Shown here: positions 27,154 to 32,000 of the stretch, one piece after another | Layout: every line of letters begins with the position of its first letter | How positions within the stretch are numbered: position 1 is the first letter of the stretch | NCBI RefSeq assembly: GCF_049243625.1 | Contig: NZ_CP046975.1 | From: Corynebacterium amycolatum | GTDB taxonomy: Bacteria; Actinomycetota; Actinomycetes; Mycobacteriales; Mycobacteriaceae | Direction: 5' to 3' (one strand) | DNA length: 32,000 nt | The notes under the pieces: generated by a model | What the model was told of the DNA's origin: nothing | The model's database searches: none | What the model saw: only the letters and a program-made list of their open reading frames with translations | Translations under genes and position numbers: made by a program

Positions 27154-28331
27154 TGACTAACGCCGACGCTAACAAGCCCAATGAGCGGATCTTTCTTTCG
27201 CTCGCGACAGTCACCGAAGCAGAAGAACAGGCCGTCGTTCGTGCACTCCACTCTGGTTGGGTGGCTCCGTTGGGCCCCGAGGTAGACGCGTTTGAAGCGG
27301 AGATTGCCAAGCGCTGCGGTGTTGAGCACGCGCTCGCACTGTCGTCTGGTACTGCTGGCCTGCACTTGGCGCTGCTCGCGCTGGGGATTGGTGAAGGTGA
27401 CTACATCCCGGTTTCCACCATGACCTTCGCGGCCACGACCAACGCCATCGCTTACGTCGGCGCTACGCCAGTGTTTATCGATGCCGCAGAGGACGGCAAC
27501 ATCGACCCTGAGCTGCTGCTCTGCACCGTCGATGAACTGCTTGCCGAGGGCAAGAGCGTTCCTGCCGTGATGATTGTGGACCTCTTCGGCCGCTGCGCCG
27601 ACTACCCGGCCTTCGCGCCACGCCTGGAAGAACTCGGCATCGCGCTCATCGAGGACGCCGCCGAGGCGCTCGGTGCTAGCGTCGATGGTCAGCCGGCCGG
27701 CAGCTTTGGTCGTGCCGCCGCGCTGTCTTTCAACGGCAACAAAATCATGACCACCTCCGGCGGTGGCATGCTGCTGTCCAACGATGCTGATCTCATCGCC
27801 CGCGCGCGCTACCTGTCCACGCAGGCGCGTCAGCCCGTCGCTTGGTACGAACACACCGAAATCGGCTACAACTACCGTCTTTCCAATCTGCTTGCCGCGC
27901 TGGGGCGGGCGCAGCACTCGCGTCTGGACGACATGATTGCTCGCCGCCGCCAGATTCGCGACGCGTACCTAGATTTGCTCGCCTCGCTTGACGACGATGC
28001 CCCTGGTAAAGGTACCCGCTTGCTCTCTGACTCCGACGAGCGGTTCACCGAGAACTGCTGGCTGACCTCGATTGTGCTGCCACAGGATGCCGTCGATAAG
28101 GGCGTGCTGAGCCCGGACAGCGTGATTGCGGCGCTGGGTGAGTCCAACATCGAGGCTCGTCACCTGTGGAAGCCGATGCACCTGCAGCCGGTGTATGAGG
28201 GCGCGCGAGCGACCATCAACGGTACCGCTGAGAATCTTTTCTCCCGCGGCATTACTCTTCCTAGTGGTCCGGCGCTGGACGATGACGACGTCGCGCGGGT
28301 GATAGGTGTTTTGAAGGAAGTGCTGGGATGA
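27153..28331 (+). CDS. DegT/DnrJ/EryC1-family PLP aminotransferase (PglE-like sugar 4-aminotransferase)
   Basis: 392 aa. It has EDAAEALGA and the PLP-lysine region SFNGNKIMTTSGGGML. The start overlaps the GT4 stop (TAATG). Confidence 0.9.
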   Translation: MTNADANKPNERIFLSLATVTEAEEQAVVRALHSGWVAPLGPEVDAFEAEIAKRCGVEHALALSSGTAGLHLALLALGIGEGDYIPVSTMTFAATTNAIAYVGATPVFIDAAEDGNIDPELLLCTVDELLAEGKSVPAVMIVDLFGRCADYPAFAPRLEELGIALIEDAAEALGASVDGQPAGSFGRAAALSFNGNKIMTTSGGGMLLSNDADLIARARYLSTQARQPVAWYEHTEIGYNYRLSNLLAALGRAQHSRLDDMIARRRQIRDAYLDLLASLDDDAPGKGTRLLSDSDERFTENCWLTSIVLPQDAVDKGVLSPDSVIAALGESNIEARHLWKPMHLQPVYEGARATINGTAENLFSRGITLPSGPALDDDDVARVIGVLKEVLG

Positions 28332-29890
28332 CTTCTACTGAGGTAGCTGGAGAAGCTGTAAAACAGCGAAAACCAATACTGCAGTCGCTATTTATTGTGG
28401 TGGCCGCAGGAATGTTTGCTGGTGTTCTCTACGTTGGCGACATGACGATGAAGGATGTCTCCGCAGCGCTTCCTGATTTATCTTTGGCATTGTCGATTTT
28501 GGTGATCGTTGCAATCCTTACCGCCGTTGGCACGCCTCAATCTCAGCGCCAGAGTTGGTTGAACGCGATGAAAGGCGCTGGCAATGTAAAACAGTGGCCG
28601 ATTGCAGCGTGGGCATTAGTGGCGTTCTATGTCTGGCTGTTATGGATGATGCTGTCCGGACTATGGGCTCCTGAAGCTGCCGAAGTCGCTCCCGTCGTTA
28701 CTGCGTTGATAACGCTCGGACTCATCGCCACGATGGCAGCGATACTGTTCTATTTGCATCCTCAGGCACTGGTGTGGCTGTGGTTAGCAATAGCCATTTG
28801 CTCGCTTATTTTTCTCTACGGCGGCATTACTGGTCCGAAATATGTCGGACGTATGACTGCGTTCGGCGGTGGCCCGAATGTCTTTGCCCGTTTCATGCTG
28901 TACGGCATCGCGGCAGCTGTGTTTTTTATGCTGTGGCGTAAGTTCATGTGGGCAGCTCTCTTGTTCGCTGCACCATTTGCTTACGGTCTCGTTGCGTCGG
29001 GAAGCCGCGGTGTACTGGTTGCTACCACCGTGGTAGTCCTCTTTACCGCAATAGCTGTGTTTTTTCACTGGGGTTGGAAGTGGGCGACTGTTTTTTACGT
29101 CGCTGTCGCCGCAGCGGTCGCGTATGGATACTCGCGATTCATCGCAGGTACCGAGATTGAAGAGTACTTTAAGACGCGCTTTATCCAGTTGACCTTCGAA
29201 AAAGAACATGATTCTGGGCGTAGTTATCTTCACGATGAAGCTTTCCGAATCATGGGTGAACACCGCATCTTTGGTGGTGGTCTGCACAGCTTCGTTGTGC
29301 TGTCGACACCGAGGTCTTCACGTCCACTGGAGCATCCGCACAATATCTTCTACACAGTCGGATCTGAAGCGGGTGTCATAGGAATCGGTCTGTTTGTGAT
29401 TGTGCTGGTTGTGTTGGCAATCGCTTGTCGCCACCTATTCAAGTTTCTTCAAGCTGGTCTGACCGTAGCTGTGGCGTTAGCGGTTCTTGTGGCACAGGTT
29501 TTTTCCGGCTACTACTACGATTCCCGTTCGCTATGGCTATTTGGCTTTGCAGCAGCATTTGCAATGCTGAGCCTACGGTGCCGCGCGCAGGACACAGCAT
29601 CGGTAGAACCAGAGCTGGAGCCGCAACCAGAACCCGCAGCCGAGCCCGAACCAGTCATGGTCACCGATACCGCGGAGCCGGTTGTGCCGGAGCTGGAGCC
29701 AGCGGTGGCCGTCGTCAAGCAAAGTGCGCCTGACAACAAGAATGACAACAAGAAACTGCGCGTTGCGGCAGCGTCGTTTGCTGCGGCTGGTGCAGCGGGT
29801 GCGATCGGTTGGTTGGTCAGAAACCGTTCAAATGCGGAAGTCGATGCGCGTGCCGAAAAGCTTCTGCGCGAAATGTTCAACGAAAAGTAG
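28328..29890 (+). CDS. Wzy_C / O-antigen-ligase-family polytopic membrane protein with a C-terminal Pro/Glu-rich linker and an extra TM helix
   Basis: 520 aa with more than 10 hydrophobic helices. A large loop (EIEEYFKTRFIQLTFEKEHDSGRSYLHDEAFRIMGEHRIFGGGLHSF....EHPHNIFY) resembles the Wzy_C periplasmic loop. The start overlaps the aminotransferase stop (ATGA). It is the most AT-rich gene in the locus. Confidence 0.72.
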   Translation: MTSTEVAGEAVKQRKPILQSLFIVVAAGMFAGVLYVGDMTMKDVSAALPDLSLALSILVIVAILTAVGTPQSQRQSWLNAMKGAGNVKQWPIAAWALVAFYVWLLWMMLSGLWAPEAAEVAPVVTALITLGLIATMAAILFYLHPQALVWLWLAIAICSLIFLYGGITGPKYVGRMTAFGGGPNVFARFMLYGIAAAVFFMLWRKFMWAALLFAAPFAYGLVASGSRGVLVATTVVVLFTAIAVFFHWGWKWATVFYVAVAAAVAYGYSRFIAGTEIEEYFKTRFIQLTFEKEHDSGRSYLHDEAFRIMGEHRIFGGGLHSFVVLSTPRSSRPLEHPHNIFYTVGSEAGVIGIGLFVIVLVVLAIACRHLFKFLQAGLTVAVALAVLVAQVFSGYYYDSRSLWLFGFAAAFAMLSLRCRAQDTASVEPELEPQPEPAAEPEPVMVTDTAEPVVPELEPAVAVVKQSAPDNKNDNKKLRVAAASFAAAGAAGAIGWLVRNRSNAEVDARAEKLLREMFNEK

Positions 29891-29900
29891 GAGATGACCA

Positions 29901-30566
29901 ATGGATTCACTAAGCATCCGCGCGCAACGGGTAATTAAGCGTGGCATCGACGTCGCGGCGTCTGCAGCAGGCCTGATTGTGCTGTCGCCAGTTATGGGTG
30001 CTACGGCGCTGGCAGTACGGCTTTCCATGGGGAAGCCAGTCCTATTCCGCCAGGAACGCCCGGGCCAGGATGGTGAGCCGTTTAATATCCTCAAGTTCCG
30101 GACGATGCACCACGTCAATCCGGCAAAGGGGTTTGTCGACGATGCGTCCCGCCTCACGCAGGTAGGAAAATTCCTTCGGTCCACAAGCTTGGATGAGCTC
30201 CCGGAGCTCTTTAACGTTCTGCGTGGCGATATGAGCCTCGTTGGTCCGCGTCCGCTGCGCATGAAGTATCTAGAACGTTATTCGCCGCGCCAAGCACGCC
30301 GCCATGAGGTGCCACCGGGAATTACGGGGCTTGCCCAGGTCTCGGGCCGCAATGGCATCACCTGGGAAGAGCGTTTCGAGTACGACGTGCAGTACGTGGA
30401 TAATTGGTCGCTACTGCTCGATGCAAAGATCCTGCTCGACACGATCTTGGTGGTGCTGAGGCGCGAAGGCATCTCAGAAGAGGGTCAAGCGACCATGACT
30501 GAGTTCACCGGTTCGTCGAACAATGGGTCGTCGGATAAGGACGTCTCCGCTAACGAAGATTCTTAA
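29901..30566 (+). CDS. Small monotopic phosphoglycosyl transferase (Bac_transf family, PglC-like initiating sugar-phosphate transferase)
   Basis: 221 aa with a single N-terminal re-entrant helix (AASAAGLIVLSPVMGATALAV). Motifs: PVLFRQERPG, FNILKFRTM, DELPELFNVLRGDMSLVGPRP, PGITGLAQV. AGGAG lies 8 nt upstream. Confidence 0.9.
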   Translation: MDSLSIRAQRVIKRGIDVAASAAGLIVLSPVMGATALAVRLSMGKPVLFRQERPGQDGEPFNILKFRTMHHVNPAKGFVDDASRLTQVGKFLRSTSLDELPELFNVLRGDMSLVGPRPLRMKYLERYSPRQARRHEVPPGITGLAQVSGRNGITWEERFEYDVQYVDNWSLLLDAKILLDTILVVLRREGISEEGQATMTEFTGSSNNGSSDKDVSANEDS

Positions 30567-31254
30567 TCACACTTGCGGGAACACCGGCGACAACGGAGTA
30601 GTCATCGACGTCTCTGGTAACTGCGGCTCCGGATCCGATGTACGCTCCCTCGCCGACGGTGAGGCCGGGGTTGATTACGGAGTTGGCGCCTAGGGTGCAG
30701 GCTTCGCCAAGCGTGACAAAGCCCGACACGGCATTGAGCGGGAAGATTGTGCAGTAGTCTCGCAGCACCGCATCGTGGCCGATCGTGACATTCATATTGA
30801 TTTGGGCGTGCTTGCCTACCTCAATATTGCAGGTCAGACGTGTTCCGGGGCAGATGACCGTGCCCTCGCCGAGCGTGACCAGCGCACCAATGCTGGTGTC
30901 TGGGTGAACCAGAGTCGCGGGCACGAGCTCCGCGGCATCTGCGCGTTGCGCAATCGAGCGTCGAGCAGCACCGCTGCCGATTGCGACTGTGTAGTAGACC
31001 CCCTCGGGCAAGTCCGCGAAGATGTCGGTCTTACCTAAAAACTGCACGCCCATTTTGTGGAAAAATGTCATGTCCGGGGCGCCATCATCGATAATGCCTA
31101 GGATTTCCCACTGCGCTGGTAGGCCGTTGGCTGCTGCGTAGTCATTGATGTCCTTGATGAAGCTGACCACGTTGCGCCCAAAACCACCAGCGCCGACGAT
31201 GACAATCTTTTCGGTCGTCGTGTTGTTAATCCACTGCTTTGGCATGAGTGTCAT
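30550..31254 (-). CDS. NeuD/PglD-family sugar N-acetyltransferase (left-handed beta-helix)
   Basis: ORF 30550..31368 begins at a TTG with an Arg/Gly-rich, non-family N-terminus. The family sequence starts at ATG 31254 or ATG 31245 (MTLMPKQW...EKIVIVGAGGFGRNV, a Rossmann-like N-domain). Hexapeptide repeats follow (VHPDTSIG..VTLGEGTVICPG...IEVGKHAQINMNVTIGHD). The 3' end overlaps the pglC-like 3' end by 17 nt. Confidence 0.8.
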   Translation of the reverse strand: MTLMPKQWINNTTTEKIVIVGAGGFGRNVVSFIKDINDYAAANGLPAQWEILGIIDDGAPDMTFFHKMGVQFLGKTDIFADLPEGVYYTVAIGSGAARRSIAQRADAAELVPATLVHPDTSIGALVTLGEGTVICPGTRLTCNIEVGKHAQINMNVTIGHDAVLRDYCTIFPLNAVSGFVTLGEACTLGANSVINPGLTVGEGAYIGSGAAVTRDVDDYSVVAGVPASVIKNLR

Positions 31255-31303
31255 TATCCCACTGATAGCCGTATTTAGCCGGAGTGCGTGCCCCAGAATC
31301 CGC

Positions 31304-31831
31304 CTACCACCAGTACGTCGGATACCGAAGGCGGCGCAGCCGGTTGGCGAGAATCCCCAACGCCACAATCATGATTGAAGAGGCGAAAACGAAGCCAAGG
31401 AGACGGAAGTCGTTGCTGATGCCGGGGCCGTGTGGCATCAGCGCGGTGACAATCGCGGTAGCGGTCGCTGGGGAGTGAGCTGCCCGAGCAATGAGCATAA
31501 GTGCGAATGCGATACCGGCGGCGATTGCTGCGGTGATGATGGAGACACCAAAAAGTCGCGAGAGCAGGATGCCAGTGATGCAGCCGATCAGGTGTCCAAC
31601 CACAACATTTCGCGGTTGTGCCAGGGGCAAGTTCGGTGCGCCGACGATAAGGGCCATGGCGGCCCCAATAGGGGGCAAAAACAGCAGGTCGGAAATGGAG
31701 TTTGAGATGAGCGCCAAGGTCATAAGCGGCAAACTCACAGCCACTGAAGCGGCGACAATATGACGCAGCGGCGGGCGGGGTGGCGCTTCGCTGGCGATCC
31801 GGGGCCACTTCGGAGACCGTGAATTAGACAT
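31304..31831 (-). CDS. HPP-family integral membrane protein
   Basis: ORF 31304..31945. It has four to five hydrophobic helices and an HSPATATA segment at the position of the HPP(A/P)GA motif. I moved the start to ATG 31831 because the longer form would overlap the divergent S4-domain gene. The start is uncertain. Confidence 0.65.
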   Translation of the reverse strand: MSNSRSPKWPRIASEAPPRPPLRHIVAASVAVSLPLMTLALISNSISDLLFLPPIGAAMALIVGAPNLPLAQPRNVVVGHLIGCITGILLSRLFGVSIITAAIAAGIAFALMLIARAAHSPATATAIVTALMPHGPGISNDFRLLGFVFASSIMIVALGILANRLRRLRYPTYWW

Positions 31832-31907
31832 GAGAACGATGTTAGGGTGCGCTGCCTCATCTCCGTAGCGGTTCGAGATTATTACCGGATATGACACACT
31901 TAAGGGC

Positions 31908-32000
31908 ATGGAGCCTATCGATGTCGCAATCCGGGATGAGTCCATCCGTCTCGGGCAATTCCTGAAGTTGGCAAACCTGGTGGAAACGGGCGGTCTGGCC
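31908..32000 (+). CDS. S4-domain RNA-binding protein (YbcJ-like), 3'-truncated by the window edge
   Basis: Not in the ORF track because it runs off the end. ATG 31908, preceded by AAGGG, opens a frame reading MEPIDVAIRDESIRLGQFLKLANLVETGGLA, which matches the conserved N-terminus of small S4-domain proteins (IRLGQFLK...GG). An in-frame stop at 31866-31868 upstream fixes the start. Confidence 0.5.
   Translation, partial: MEPIDVAIRDESIRLGQFLKLANLVETGGLA

Noticed and set aside
31255-31368. N-terminal 38-codon extension of the PglD-like acetyltransferase (TTG start at 31368), and the 38-codon extension of the HPP gene (31832..31945)
   Set aside because: The acetyltransferase extension (MWRWGFSPTGCAAFGIRRTGGRR...) overlaps the HPP gene 3' end and is not family-like. 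The HPP extension would overlap the divergent S4-domain gene start. Internal ATGs give normal-length proteins.
1-32000. Search by eye for CRISPR arrays, tRNA/rRNA genes, IS elements, integrases, toxin-antitoxin pairs or known defence-system ATPase/nuclease pairs
   Set aside because: None was found. There are no regularly spaced repeats, no cloverleaf-like GC-rich ~75-nt islands in the intergenic regions, and no transposase- or recombinase-like translations. The only nuclease-type proteins are HrpB (housekeeping) and the exported DUF1524 lipoprotein.

Overview
This is a high-GC actinobacterial chromosome segment. Gene content and codon usage look Corynebacterium-like, which is inference and was not searched. 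I see no rRNA, tRNA, CRISPR array, transposase or integrase.

Positions 1-19.5 kb hold ordinary, tightly packed housekeeping genes:
- a 5'-truncated membrane protein
- the DEAH helicase hrpB
- a CDF metal exporter
- an alpha/beta-hydrolase-fold protein, ogt and a nitroreductase
- fadH
- two SDR oxidoreductases
- an acyl-CoA synthetase
- a DUF1524/His-Me lipoprotein nuclease
- glutamate synthase gltBD

Two regions stand out.
1. 19.55-22.45 kb encodes an 879-aa fusion protein. It joins a polytopic membrane domain, an extra cupredoxin, a His-rich linker and a NirK-type copper nitrite reductase core. A 67-codon membrane ORF lies just upstream.
2. 22.8-31.3 kb is a compositionally mosaic, translationally coupled glycan locus.
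   - It encodes a complete PglF/PglE/PglD/PglC-like enzyme set for a 2,4-diacetamido-trideoxyhexose (bacillosamine-type) lipid-linked sugar.
   - It also encodes a single GT4, a Wzx-like flippase and a Wzy_C/O-antigen-ligase-family protein with an unusual C-terminal extension.
   - No Wzz, ABC exporter or LCP gene is visible in the window.
   - The first gene, the dehydratase, is split by a 1-nt frameshift at an A4 run.

I rate the glycan locus the best candidate for an uncharacterised system: a short surface glycan or a PglL-like O-glycosylation pathway.

Several exact palindromes and inverted repeats in the few AT-rich intergenic regions are listed as candidate operators. All functional calls rest on motifs read by eye from the translations. 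No database search was possible.
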